From: Vulcanimicrobiota bacterium
Lineage (GTDB): Bacteria; Vulcanimicrobiota; Vulcanimicrobiia; Vulcanimicrobiales; Vulcanimicrobiaceae
Assembly (NCBI GenBank): GCA_027459645.1
Contig: DAIDHQ010000021.1
Span: 14,151-78,150, forward strand
Direction: 5' to 3'
Length of the DNA stretch: 64,000 nucleotides
Shown here: positions 47,174 to 57,088 of the stretch, piece after piece
Numbering within the stretch: the stretch's first letter is position 1
How the letters are laid out: each line of letters begins with the position of its first letter
The notes under the pieces: model-generated
What the model was told of the DNA's origin: nothing
The model's database searches: none
What the model saw: the letters and a program-made list of their open reading frames with translations, nothing else
Made by a program: the position numbers and the translations under genes

Positions 47174-48661
47174 GTGCCTTTCACTGAATTTTTGCGTTCT
47201 AGGGCAGCCGCGCTGGCCGGTTGCCTGCTTCTCCTGGGTGTCGGGACCCTGACGATCCCGCGCACGATCCTGAAATTGGAGCAGGCGCGGAGCCTCGGCA
47301 ACGGCCAGCTCGCATCGTTGCTCGCCTCGCCAAGCGTCGCCGATGCGACCCGGGCCGCCCTGGCCATCGGGCGCACCCGGCAAGCCGGCGGCGCGCCGCT
47401 TCTGGCGCGCCATGTGAACGACCCGCGGCCAAGCGTCCGGGCTATGAGTATCTATGGGCTGGGTGTGATTGGCCTGGGAACGGCCGCGGATCAGATTCTC
47501 GCCCATACGGACGATGCATCGGGGGCCGTGCGCATCGCGGCGCTCGATGCCCTCCAGCGCTACGCCGGCGCCCATACGCTGTCGCCGGCCCAGAGCGCCG
47601 CCGCCGTCTCCGCTACGATCGAGCGGATGCTGGCCGATCACGATCCGATCGTCCGCGGCCATGCCGCAATCGCCCTGAACAGCTATGCAGGCGGAGCGTC
47701 GGACGGCTCCATCGCCCGCGCATTGGTGCAGTCCTTGCGCTACGAGCAAAGCCCGTACGTTCGTCAGCGGGTCATGTGGACGGTCTTTCGCGGCTTCGCG
47801 AAGCTCGTACCGGCCGGCCCCATCGAAGCGTGGTTGAGCAAGAACGACGAGGTGACGCAGATCGAAGCAGTGCGCGCTCTTGGAAGCAAATATGCGCGTA
47901 CGAAAGACCGCTCGGCCTTAGCGCTGCTGACGACGGTGAGCCGGACGTCGCGATCGTGGCGGGCGCAAGAGCAGGCGCTGGAATCGATCCGTGAAGTCAA
48001 CGGAGAGCCGTTCTCCACGAGTTGGACCGCTATTCCGCCGGTCGTGCACGTGCCCAAGCCACGGCCCGATCCCCTTGCGAGCCTGCCCGTGCAACCCTGG
48101 CCTTCCGCGATTGCTTCGCCCGCGCCACCGAGCGCGTTGATGGCCGATCTCGGTCCACCGCTCGATCCCACCACCGCGCAAGAGATGGTCTCGCCGGCGC
48201 ATGGACCGCACCCACGGTTGCGGCTGGTGACGACGAAAGGCAACATCTACGTCGTGCTTTATCCGGAATGGGCGCCGCTGACCGTCGCAAACTTCATGAA
48301 CCTTTCGGCGCGCGGATTCTACAACGACAATCGGTGGTTCCGAATCGTTCCGGACTTCGTCGTGCAAACCGGCGAAAAAGACGCGAAAAATACGCCGGGA
48401 CCCGGATACGCAATCGGTGCGGAACAGAATCCGGTCGAGCAAGATTCGTACGTGATTTCGATGGGCTTGGATTACGCCGGGAACGCACCGAAGCTCGACT
48501 CGGCAGGCTCGGAATACTACATCACGCTCTCGCCGCAATATCACTTGGATAACGCCTTCACGGTCTTCGGACGCGTCGTGAGCGGTTTCGACGTGCTGGG
48601 GCGGCTCGTTCAATCGGATCGCGTGATTCGAATCGAACGCGTTGCGGATATGGTATTGTAA
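47174..48661 (+). CDS. Lipoprotein fusing HEAT-like repeats to a cyclophilin-type peptidyl-prolyl isomerase (495 aa)
   Basis: GTG 47174 with lipobox LAGC. HEAT-like units (DPRPSVRAMSIYGLG, ASGAVRIAALDAL, DPIVRGHAAIAL, SPYVRQRVMW). The C-terminal domain reads TTKGNIYVVLYPEWAPLTVANFMNL...FRIVPDFVVQTG...FTVFGRVVSGFDVL. Confidence 0.8.
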   Translation: MPFTEFLRSRAAALAGCLLLLGVGTLTIPRTILKLEQARSLGNGQLASLLASPSVADATRAALAIGRTRQAGGAPLLARHVNDPRPSVRAMSIYGLGVIGLGTAADQILAHTDDASGAVRIAALDALQRYAGAHTLSPAQSAAAVSATIERMLADHDPIVRGHAAIALNSYAGGASDGSIARALVQSLRYEQSPYVRQRVMWTVFRGFAKLVPAGPIEAWLSKNDEVTQIEAVRALGSKYARTKDRSALALLTTVSRTSRSWRAQEQALESIREVNGEPFSTSWTAIPPVVHVPKPRPDPLASLPVQPWPSAIASPAPPSALMADLGPPLDPTTAQEMVSPAHGPHPRLRLVTTKGNIYVVLYPEWAPLTVANFMNLSARGFYNDNRWFRIVPDFVVQTGEKDAKNTPGPGYAIGAEQNPVEQDSYVISMGLDYAGNAPKLDSAGSEYYITLSPQYHLDNAFTVFGRVVSGFDVLGRLVQSDRVIRIERVADMVL

Positions 48662-48666
48662 GGTGG

Positions 48667-51420
48667 ATGTCGGAAGCACGCGCCGCGCGCGACCGCCGTC
48701 TGATTCAGCGGACGGCGGCACTTCTCTCTGACGATTACCCGCTCGAACAATTGATCGAGCGCGTCTGCGACGCGCTGTGCTCCGAACTGGGAGCGCATCT
48801 CGCATTCGTCGCCCTTGCCGATGGCGAACGTCATCTTCAAATCGAGGGATTCGTCGGCGTTCGAGACGGCGCGCTGCCCGACGTCACGGCCCATTCGGCC
48901 GCGCTCTTAGCATTTCGGGCCAACGAAACGGTCGTTTCGGGCGACGGTTCCGATCTTGCAGCGCCGATCGCATACCGCGACCGCGTTCTCGGCGTGCTTG
49001 CCCTTTCGGCGGAGAGCGCGGGTGCTTTCGACAAGCAAGACGAGCACCTCATACGTGCAATTGCTCGCTATCTGGCAATTGTCATACGCAATCAACGAAT
49101 TTCGGACCGCGTCGAGAGGCAACCCAGAACGCCGGTCGTTGCGATATTCGCTGTCGTCGTGTTCGCGCTGCTTCTAAGCGTGGCGATTGGAGCGTTCGCG
49201 ACGATTCGCGCCGATGAATCGCGAACCGCGCAGGACGAATTGATGCAAGGCCGCTTGCACGACATCGTCGATCAGATGAATTGGTACGTCCTGGACGCGC
49301 GTCAGTTGGCGTCGTCGGCAGCGAATATTGTTGGACACGTGCGCAACGATCGTCAACGCGTCGAGCATTCGTTGCTCGCGCTGCTGCGGTCGGCCCGAAG
49401 TTCGACGATATACGGCGTTGGTGCTTGGTACGAACCGTATCGCTTCGACGGAAAGACGCGGTGGTATGGCCCGTACGCGCACTGGAGCGGCCACCATCGT
49501 CCCGTGCTGACCTATGATTGGATGCGGCCCAGCTACGATTTCCAACGCCAGCCATGGTATCGTCTGGGCAAAACGGCGATCGCGCGTGTCGTTTTCACGA
49601 ATCCCTACTTCGACACCGATCACGTCTATGTAACGGCGGCCAAGGCGTTTGTAGTAGACGGCCGCGTTGCGGGCGTGGTCACGGTCGATTCGATCCTTCC
49701 GACGCTGCGCAGTTCGATGCCGCTGCGTCTTCCGCCGAGCGACTTTGCGGTGGTTACGACCCACGGCGGAAGCGTGTTGCTCACGTCGGACAATTCGCGC
49801 ATCGGTCCATCGCAACTGTCCGCGCACGTTCGCGACGTCGCCGGTCCCAATGCGGTTGACGCGTCGGCGCGCGTTCCGTACACGGGTTGGATCGTGCAGA
49901 TTTTCGAGCGCCGTTCGGTCTATGCCGCGGAAGCTCGACGTCTCCAAGTCGTTGCCGCGATCGCGATCGTGGGCATATGGCTCGCGGCGGCGCTTACGAT
50001 TCTCGTCGCGCTTCGTTCCCGACGCCATGCCCGGCGAGCGATGCTGCTCGAGGAACAGCAGGGCGTGCTCGAGCGCGAGATCGCCGAACGCGTTCGCGCG
50101 GAAGAACTGCTTCGCGAGCATGCGTATCGGGATGAGTTGACCGGCCTTCCGAACCGCGCGTTTTTCATCGCGCAGCTCGGCGCGCAACTCGATGCGATGC
50201 GATTGGAGGACGAGAGCCTTTTTGCCGTGCTCTTCATCGACATCGATCGCTTCAATGCCATCAACGACAGCCTCGGTCACGTTACCGGCGATCGGCTTCT
50301 TGCGGAATTCGGAACGCGACTAGCTTCGCACGCGCGTTCGGGAGACGTGCTCGCGCGCTTGAGCGGCGACGAGTTCGTGTTGCTCGCGCGCATTCAAGAA
50401 CAAGGCGAGGCCCGCCGGCGCGCGGCAGAGATACTGCAAGCCCTGCGTCACCCGTTCACCTTCTCGGGACTGGAATTCTTCGTAACCGCCTCGATCGGCA
50501 TCGCGATCGCCGACCCGCGCCACCAGAGCGCCGAGGAGATGCTGCGCGATGCCGACGTCGCGATGTACGAGGCCAAACGTGCCGGTCGCGCGACGTTTCG
50601 CGTCTTCGACCTCTCGATGCATGCCGATGCGCTCGAACGCCTCGCGCTCGAAACGGATCTGCGGCGCGCACTCGAACGCGACGAGCTTTACGTCGAATAC
50701 CAGCCGCTGGTCGCGCTGCACGACGGTTCGATCGCCGGGTTCGAAGCGCTCGCCCGCTGGCGGCATGCGACGCGCGGTCAAGTGCCGCCGGAGACTTTCA
50801 TCAAGATCGCGGAGCAAAGCGGCCTGATCGTCGAAATCGACGAGCGCGTCATCGGGATGGCCTGCGCGGCGGCCGCGATTTGGCGCGCCGAACATCCGGA
50901 ACTTTTTGTTGCGGTAAATTTCTCCGCAGCGCATCTTGCGCGCGTAGACGACCTCGCGATCGTTCGCGGTGCCTTGGAATCGAGCGGGTTGCCGCCCTCC
51001 GCCCTGAAGATCGAAATAACCGAGAGCGCGGTCATGGAAGACACGGAAAAAGCCTTCGCGTTGCTGCTCGGGCTGCGCGAACTCGGCGTGACCGTCGTCG
51101 TCGACGACTTCGGAACGGGATATTCGTCGCTCAGCCAACTTCAGCGGCTACCGGTAGAAGAGCTGAAGGTCGACCGCTCCTTCGTGCGCTCGATGCTGCA
51201 GAATGAAAGGGCCGCCGAGATCGTGCGCGCTATTCTCGCGATCTCGAAGACGCTACGGCTGATGGTGACGGCGGAGGGCGTGGAAACGCAGGAGCAGGCG
51301 GATCGCCTGCGTCGCATGGGCGTCGAATTCGCTCAAGGGATGAATTTCGGCATGTCGGTGGACGCCGACATGGCGATGCGTCTGCTCCGGACGCGACTAA
51401 AACGTTCGGTCCGAGTCTAA
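48667..51420 (+). CDS. GAF-TM-dCache-TM-GGDEF-EAL c-di-GMP turnover protein (917 aa)
   Basis: AGGTGG RBS. GGDEF domain with an SGDEF variant and RSGD five residues upstream (I-site position). EAL domain with EALARW, DDFGTGYSS and EELKVDRSF. Confidence 0.9.
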   Translation: MSEARAARDRRLIQRTAALLSDDYPLEQLIERVCDALCSELGAHLAFVALADGERHLQIEGFVGVRDGALPDVTAHSAALLAFRANETVVSGDGSDLAAPIAYRDRVLGVLALSAESAGAFDKQDEHLIRAIARYLAIVIRNQRISDRVERQPRTPVVAIFAVVVFALLLSVAIGAFATIRADESRTAQDELMQGRLHDIVDQMNWYVLDARQLASSAANIVGHVRNDRQRVEHSLLALLRSARSSTIYGVGAWYEPYRFDGKTRWYGPYAHWSGHHRPVLTYDWMRPSYDFQRQPWYRLGKTAIARVVFTNPYFDTDHVYVTAAKAFVVDGRVAGVVTVDSILPTLRSSMPLRLPPSDFAVVTTHGGSVLLTSDNSRIGPSQLSAHVRDVAGPNAVDASARVPYTGWIVQIFERRSVYAAEARRLQVVAAIAIVGIWLAAALTILVALRSRRHARRAMLLEEQQGVLEREIAERVRAEELLREHAYRDELTGLPNRAFFIAQLGAQLDAMRLEDESLFAVLFIDIDRFNAINDSLGHVTGDRLLAEFGTRLASHARSGDVLARLSGDEFVLLARIQEQGEARRRAAEILQALRHPFTFSGLEFFVTASIGIAIADPRHQSAEEMLRDADVAMYEAKRAGRATFRVFDLSMHADALERLALETDLRRALERDELYVEYQPLVALHDGSIAGFEALARWRHATRGQVPPETFIKIAEQSGLIVEIDERVIGMACAAAAIWRAEHPELFVAVNFSAAHLARVDDLAIVRGALESSGLPPSALKIEITESAVMEDTEKAFALLLGLRELGVTVVVDDFGTGYSSLSQLQRLPVEELKVDRSFVRSMLQNERAAEIVRAILAISKTLRLMVTAEGVETQEQADRLRRMGVEFAQGMNFGMSVDADMAMRLLRTRLKRSVRV

Positions 51421-51846
51421 GAGAATCGTCACGGGGCCGTCGTTGACGAGTTCGACCTGCATGTCGGCGCCGAATTCGCCGTAGGCGACGCGCGGTCCGA
51501 GCCGCGCGATCTCTTGGCCCGTCAGTTCGTACAAGGTGCTCGCGAGCGGTTCTTTCGCCGCGGCGATAAACGACGGCCGGCGCCCTTTGCGCGCATCGCC
51601 GTGCAAGGTAAACTGCGAGACCAGTAGCACCGCGCCCCCGGTCTCGAGCAAGCTGCGATTCATCAATCCGGCGTCGTCGAGAAAGATGCGCAGATTCACG
51701 ACTTTTTCGGCGACCCAGCGGGCATCGGATTCATCGTCGGCGATGCCTACGCCCAGAAGCACCAGCAGGCCGCCGTCGATCGCGCCGGTCACCCGTTCGT
51801 CGACGCGCACTTCGGCGCGCGTCACGCGCTGAACGACGGCACGCAT
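51397..51846 (-). CDS. dtd: D-aminoacyl-tRNA deacylase
   Basis: MRAVVQRV...LVLLGV...VSQFTL...RPSF...NDGPVT. Its 3' end overlaps the convergent GGDEF-EAL gene by 24 nt. Confidence 0.93.
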   Translation of the reverse strand: MRAVVQRVTRAEVRVDERVTGAIDGGLLVLLGVGIADDESDARWVAEKVVNLRIFLDDAGLMNRSLLETGGAVLLVSQFTLHGDARKGRRPSFIAAAKEPLASTLYELTGQEIARLGPRVAYGEFGADMQVELVNDGPVTILLDSDRTF

Positions 51847-51855
51847 GGTGCGGAA

Positions 51856-52749
51856 CTACTTGCTGAACATCGAGGAGAGTGCGAAAAAGGCGTTCTCCCG
51901 GCGTTCCATCACGCGGCGATAGAAATACCCGGCCCAGTGCGTACCGAAGGGTACGTAGACGCGCATCCGGTAGCCCTCGGCGACGAGTTCGCGCTGCAGT
52001 TGCGGACGGCAGCCGTAAAGCATCTGGAATTCGAAGCGATCGCGCGGGACGGCTTCCGTCTTAACCATCTCGCGGAGCGCGTCGACCAATTCGCGATCGT
52101 GCGTCGCAAGCGCGGGATAATTGCCGCGTGTCAAAAGTTCTCGCGCTAGCCGTAAATAGTTTGTGCGAATCTCCGGCATCTCTTTGTAGGCGATCTCGGG
52201 CGGTTCGTTGTACGCGCCTTTGCACAAACGGACGCGGGCGCCGAGTTCGATTGCGCGCTCGACGTCAGCCGCCGTGCGCTTGAGGTAGGCCTGAAGCACG
52301 ATACCGACGTTCTTGTGCGTGGCAAACGCGCGCTCGAAAACGCGCAGCGTCGCATCGGTAACCGGCGAACCTTCCATGTCGATGCGTACGAATGGATCGG
52401 CATTGCGTTGTGCTTGATCTAAGATCGCGGTCAGGTTCTCGAGCGCAAAGTCTTCGCTGACGAGCAAACCCATCGCGGTGAGCTTCACCGAGACGTTGGT
52501 CTTCGCGCCGCTGATGCGGATCGCGTCGAGCATTTCGATGTACGCGTCTCGCGTGGTAATCGCAGCCTCGCGCTCGGTGACGTCCTCGCCGAGAAAGTCC
52601 AGCGTCGCGGTGATGCCGTCGTCGTTTAGGCGGCGAACCGCCGAAATCGCCGACTCGATCGATTCCCCGGCGACAAAGCGCTTTGCAAGGAAGAAAAAGT
52701 TCTTTTGAAAGGTGGAGTCGGGGGCGAGCAGCCGGTCGATCAGAGCCAT
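51856..52749 (-). CDS. Proline dehydrogenase (monofunctional PutA-like)
   Basis: ATLDFLGEDV, VSVKLTAMGL, IDMEGS, RLCKGAY and LATHD blocks. Confidence 0.85.
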   Translation of the reverse strand: MALIDRLLAPDSTFQKNFFFLAKRFVAGESIESAISAVRRLNDDGITATLDFLGEDVTEREAAITTRDAYIEMLDAIRISGAKTNVSVKLTAMGLLVSEDFALENLTAILDQAQRNADPFVRIDMEGSPVTDATLRVFERAFATHKNVGIVLQAYLKRTAADVERAIELGARVRLCKGAYNEPPEIAYKEMPEIRTNYLRLARELLTRGNYPALATHDRELVDALREMVKTEAVPRDRFEFQMLYGCRPQLQRELVAEGYRMRVYVPFGTHWAGYFYRRVMERRENAFFALSSMFSK

Positions 52750-52756
52750 ATCCCGG

Positions 52757-53500
52757 CTACTCTACGACGCGCGCGCGCAAAATCCACGCGAGCGCCAGCA
52801 CGACGGCCGCCATCACGATGAATCCATAGGTCAGCGCGAGGGCCGCGCGGACTCCGGAGGCGGAGAGTGCGACATAAAGCGCAACGGGCAAGGAGGTGGG
52901 ATGGTATGCGACGATGCTCGTCGCGCCGTATTCGCCGATCGCGCGCAGCCACGTGAAGGCGATACCTGCAGCCACATTTCCCGCGGCGGCGGGAAGGGCG
53001 ATCGATCGGAAGATGCGCCATTCGCTTACGCCCAAGGTTCGCGCCGCGTCGCCGTAGGCCGGGTCCTGCGCCGAGAAGGCTGCGGCCGAGGTGATGGCTA
53101 CGAAGGAACCCGCGACGAAGAATTCGGCAGCGGCCACGCCGGCGATCGTGTCCGGAATCGGCGTCGAACGCAGCACCGAGAGCAACAGAATTCCCGAAGC
53201 GATCGGAGGAAACGCAAGCGGAAGCGCCATCAGAAAAAGCAGGGGCGCGCGCAGGTGCGGCGCGAGCCGCGCGAGCCAGTAGCCCCCCGGCACGCCCAGG
53301 ATGGTGGCGGTTGCGGTCGCCAAAAGCGAGGCTTCGAGCGAGACGCGCATCGCCTCGCTGGCGGGCGCGGCCGTGAAGGCGCGTACGACCTCCCCGGGTG
53401 AGAGCGAGACGAGCACGGCCACGATCGGCCCGGCGATCGCGCCGAGCAGAAGAATGGCGGCCAAGGCAAAGAAGAAACCCGGTATCGGTCGGGGCATCAT
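52757..53500 (-). CDS. ABC transporter permease (MetI/CysT/ModB-like fold)
   Basis: Six hydrophobic helices and an EAA-type loop (DAARTLGVSEWRIFRSIALPAA). No ATPase or binding-protein gene is adjacent. Confidence 0.75.
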   Translation of the reverse strand: MMPRPIPGFFFALAAILLLGAIAGPIVAVLVSLSPGEVVRAFTAAPASEAMRVSLEASLLATATATILGVPGGYWLARLAPHLRAPLLFLMALPLAFPPIASGILLLSVLRSTPIPDTIAGVAAAEFFVAGSFVAITSAAAFSAQDPAYGDAARTLGVSEWRIFRSIALPAAAGNVAAGIAFTWLRAIGEYGATSIVAYHPTSLPVALYVALSASGVRAALALTYGFIVMAAVVLALAWILRARVVE

Positions 53501-53566
53501 CGAAAGTTTACCAAAGCCTCACCGGAGCCTGATGTGGTGGGCGAGGCGCAAACGAGATTGGGACGA

Positions 53567-53998
53567 ATGCCGAACGAGATGGTGCAGCGCAACTGGCGCG
53601 TGCTTATTGCGGATGACGATCCGGCGATCTGTACGCTGATCGACACGGTTCTGCGCAAGGGCCCCTACGAGATGGTCACGTGTAACGACGCGGAAAGCGC
53701 GCTGGTCGCGGTCGACCGCCAAGGACCCTTCGACATCATCATTTGCGATTTTATGCTCCCGGGCATCTCCGGCATCGACCTGATCGAACGCCTCCGCTCG
53801 AAAGAGGGGACGCGCGGCGTGCCGATCCTGATGATCTCGGGTCACACGAATTATGCGATGGACGGCCGCGCAAAGAACGCCGGCGCCAATCTCTTCCTGA
53901 ACAAGCCGTTCACCATCTCGCAGTTGCGCTCGGCCGTGACGCACCTCCTCTCGCAATCGGTGCGGCGCGACTCCTATTCGGGCACGCCTTCCTTCTAG
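53567..53998 (+). CDS. Stand-alone CheY-like response regulator receiver
   Basis: VLIADDD...IIICDFMLPGISG...ILMISGH...NKPF. No output domain. Confidence 0.88.
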   Translation: MPNEMVQRNWRVLIADDDPAICTLIDTVLRKGPYEMVTCNDAESALVAVDRQGPFDIIICDFMLPGISGIDLIERLRSKEGTRGVPILMISGHTNYAMDGRAKNAGANLFLNKPFTISQLRSAVTHLLSQSVRRDSYSGTPSF

Positions 53999-54007
53999 AC
54001 ACCGCCT

Positions 54008-54562
54008 TTGCTCAAGATCTTCGCGATCGCTTTATCGCTCGCGCTCGACGTTTTTGCCGTCAGCGTGGGGGTCGGCGTGCGCGGCGTTCCGACCGCGGTC
54101 AAAATTCGCATCGGGATCGCTTTTGCCGCCGCGGAGATATCGATGAACGTTATCGGGGCGTTGCTCGGCGCGGTGGCCGGAAGATTGCTCGGTGACGTTG
54201 CGGGATACATCGGTTTCGTCGCGCTGCTGCTGGTCGGCAGCTACATGATCTACGAAGCGCGCAAAGATCTGGAAGATCGCAACCCGCTCGATCTTTCGCG
54301 CGGCTGGGGGCTCTTCGTTGCATCGCTCTCGATCAGCCTGGACTCGCTCGGTATCGGGTTTTCGATTCTCTACATCGGCGTGCCCATCGCCGTGTCGCTG
54401 GCGGTCATCGGGACCGTCTCCATTTGCGCGACGGCCCTCGGCCTCGCGCTCGGTAAGCGGTTGGGAACGCGTGTCGAGGACAGCGCCGAAATGTTGGGCG
54501 GCGTGCTGCTCGCACTGACCGGCGCCGTTTTTATCGCGCTCAAGGCGCTCCACCTCGGTTAG
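54008..54562 (+). CDS. mntP: Manganese efflux pump MntP
   Basis: Two DUF204 halves (ALSLALDVFAVSVGVG and SLSISLDSLGIGFS). Confidence 0.85.
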   Translation: MLKIFAIALSLALDVFAVSVGVGVRGVPTAVKIRIGIAFAAAEISMNVIGALLGAVAGRLLGDVAGYIGFVALLLVGSYMIYEARKDLEDRNPLDLSRGWGLFVASLSISLDSLGIGFSILYIGVPIAVSLAVIGTVSICATALGLALGKRLGTRVEDSAEMLGGVLLALTGAVFIALKALHLG

Positions 54563-54576
54563 AAGAAGACCGCCGC

Positions 54577-55473
54577 ATGCACGTTGCGGTTGGCGAGCGA
54601 CTTCTGGAATTGAGCCGTGCGACGGGCGCGCCTTCGGCAATCGTGGTGGGCACCGGCAAAAACGTCGGAAAAACCGTGGCGATGCGCGCGATGTACGAAG
54701 CCGCCGTTGCGCGAGGTTTGCGCCCGGGAATCACGTCGATCGGCCGGGACGGCGAAGCCGCGGACGTCGGCGACGCGCAATCGAAGCCGCGGCTGTTCTT
54801 GCGCGCCGGAACGATCGTGGCCACGGCGCGCGACGTACTGCCGCGCTCCCCCGCAACCGAGATTTTGGAACTGTCTCGTCTTACTACGGCCGCGGGCGCG
54901 CTCGTCTTCGGGCGCGTGCGCGCCGACGCATTCTACGAACTCGTGGGTCCCCCGACGGCCTCAGGGCTGCGCGAAGCGATCGACGGCATCTTGCGCTTTA
55001 CGCCTTATGCGATCGTCGATGGCGCGATCGATCGCATCGCGGCTTTGGCGGGCGGAACCGATGCGGTCGTCGTCGCCTGCGGTGCTTCGGCATCGCCCAC
55101 GATGGACGAGGCGGTGGAAGACGTTCGGGCACTCGTTGGGCGCCTGTGCGTGCGGCGATATGACGAGCGGGAGCCGTATCTGCGCATCGAGGGCGCGTTG
55201 ACGCCGTCGCGCGCCGCCGAGTGCATTGCGTCCAAAGAATCGCGGCAGATCGTCGTCACGGATCCTACGCAGATTGCGCTGACCGGACGCGCGGCGTTAC
55301 ACGCAATGGCGCGCCTGCGTCTGCGCTGCGAACGCGAATTGCGCGTCGTGGCGATAACGGTGGCGTCTCTCGGGCGCGATCGCGCCTTCGAACCGCGCGC
55401 GTTCGCGCATGAGGTTTCAAAGGCGACGAGCCTTCCGGTTTTCGACGTGTACTCCGCGGAAGAGGCGGCGTGA
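54577..55473 (+). CDS. Uncharacterised P-loop protein (298 aa)
   Basis: GTGKNVGKT Walker-A-like loop near the N-terminus. No family confidently recognised. Its stop overlaps the next start (GTGA). Confidence 0.6.
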   Translation: MHVAVGERLLELSRATGAPSAIVVGTGKNVGKTVAMRAMYEAAVARGLRPGITSIGRDGEAADVGDAQSKPRLFLRAGTIVATARDVLPRSPATEILELSRLTTAAGALVFGRVRADAFYELVGPPTASGLREAIDGILRFTPYAIVDGAIDRIAALAGGTDAVVVACGASASPTMDEAVEDVRALVGRLCVRRYDEREPYLRIEGALTPSRAAECIASKESRQIVVTDPTQIALTGRAALHAMARLRLRCERELRVVAITVASLGRDRAFEPRAFAHEVSKATSLPVFDVYSAEEAA

Positions 55474-57065
55474 ACGCACGCGGGCTCGTCGATGACGTTA
55501 CGGCGCAGGCGATCGACCTTCGTTGGCTGCGCGACGCTCTAGCCCCGGCGAGTCCGTACGGTGCGCGCCGGTACGAGCGGATCGGACCGTTCGTTCCGGG
55601 CGAAGAATCCTTGGCGCAAACGCGCGCCCAGCGAATCGCGGCGATTGCTGCGGCGTGCGGCGAGCAGCGGCTCGACGCGATGCGCGAAATTTTTCGCAAC
55701 GTCGCCGATGCATCGAGCGCAATCGCCCGTGCGTCGATGGGCGATCTGCTCAGCGACGCGAACCTGCTCGAGCTCCAACGCTTTTTCGATGCATGCATGC
55801 GTTTGGACGGGCTCAGTTCAGGCGTCGCCGAGCTTCCTCCGGCCGTCGACGACGCCGTTCGCTCCTGCGCTCGCGAGTTAGAATTGGGGCGCGCTGGTAA
55901 ATTCGGCTTCTATTTGGCCGACGCATTCGACGAGTCGCTCGCCCGCGCGCGTGCGGCGCTCGCGTCGGCGCAGGCCGAATACGATGCGGTCACCGGTCGG
56001 GCGAGCGCGAAGCTCGCCGCCCAACTGGGCCGCGAAATTTCCGGAAGCGAGTTTATCGTAATGCGCGCGGATCTGGCGGGGTCGCTGCCCACGGGCGTTC
56101 GCGTGGTGCGTGAAGCGCCGACGTACCTGCTGTGCGAAATCGACGCGGACGAAGCGATGCTTGCCGCGCTCGAGCGGCGCGACGCGTTTGCCGGCGCGGT
56201 TGCTGCAGCGGAAGAAGCGGTGCGGGCCCGGCTGACGTCGATCGTACAGAAGCATGCCGCCGCGCTGGATGCGGCAGCCGACCGGTTCGGCGACGCCGAC
56301 GTTCTGGTTGCCGCCGCGCGTTTTACCCTTGCGCACCGTTGCGTTCCGGCAACGATCGTCGAGGAGCCGAGGCTCGAGTTTGTCGACGGACGATTTATCC
56401 CGCTCGCGCTCGAACTCGAAAAAGAAGGCCGCAACTTCACGCCCATCTCCGTTGCCTTGCACGACGTGTGCGTCCTCACGGGACCGAACATGGGCGGCAA
56501 GAGCGTCTGCCTGCGCATCTGCGGCGAGATCGTGCTCTGCGCGGCGTTCGGTATTCCCGTCCCCGCTTCCGCGGCGACGACCGGCCTCTTTGCGGAAATT
56601 GCATGGCTCGGCGTCGGAAGCGAAGTGCAGGGCGGCCTGCTCTCGTCGTTCGCCCGCGAGGTCGTAAGGCTGCGCGACGTTTTAGAACGCGGCCGCCCGC
56701 AGCTCTTCGTGCTGATGGACGAATTCGCGCGTACCACGACGCCCCTCGAAGGCCGGGCGTTGCTGGTCGCGATGCTGCGGCGTTTTGCGGAGCGTCGCGC
56801 GTGCGGGCTCTCCGCGACGCATTTGGCGGCGGTCGCCGAAGCGGCCGGGGTGCGCCATTTCGCCGTTCGCGGCCTCCGCGGAATTCCCGAGAAACCGAAA
56901 ACGTCGGATTTGGCGGCGGCGCTTGAAACATTGGCGGCATCGATGGATTACACGATCGAAGAAGTTACCGCAGATTCCGCAGCCGGCTCCGATGCCATCG
57001 CCCTTGCGGCTCTGCTCGGATTAGACGACGCGCTCATTGAGGAGGCCTACGTATCATTAGAATAA
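55470..57065 (+). CDS. MutS-related ATPase (MutS domain V) without an Smr or mismatch-binding domain (531 aa)
   Basis: LTGPNMGGKSVCLRICG Walker A, LMDEFARTTTPLEG Walker B region, SATH motif, and a helical N-terminal half. Confidence 0.8.
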   Translation: MNARGLVDDVTAQAIDLRWLRDALAPASPYGARRYERIGPFVPGEESLAQTRAQRIAAIAAACGEQRLDAMREIFRNVADASSAIARASMGDLLSDANLLELQRFFDACMRLDGLSSGVAELPPAVDDAVRSCARELELGRAGKFGFYLADAFDESLARARAALASAQAEYDAVTGRASAKLAAQLGREISGSEFIVMRADLAGSLPTGVRVVREAPTYLLCEIDADEAMLAALERRDAFAGAVAAAEEAVRARLTSIVQKHAAALDAAADRFGDADVLVAAARFTLAHRCVPATIVEEPRLEFVDGRFIPLALELEKEGRNFTPISVALHDVCVLTGPNMGGKSVCLRICGEIVLCAAFGIPVPASAATTGLFAEIAWLGVGSEVQGGLLSSFAREVVRLRDVLERGRPQLFVLMDEFARTTTPLEGRALLVAMLRRFAERRACGLSATHLAAVAEAAGVRHFAVRGLRGIPEKPKTSDLAAALETLAASMDYTIEEVTADSAAGSDAIALAALLGLDDALIEEAYVSLE

Positions 57066-57088
57066 TCTCGATCGCCGCTCTCGTTGCG

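Noticed and set aside
53999-54007. Expected yybP-ykoY Mn2+ riboswitch upstream of mntP
   Set aside because: Only 9 nt separate mntP from the preceding response-regulator gene, so there is no room for the roughly 100-nt riboswitch. mntP is presumably co-transcribed with it. The absence is noted but not treated as a feature.
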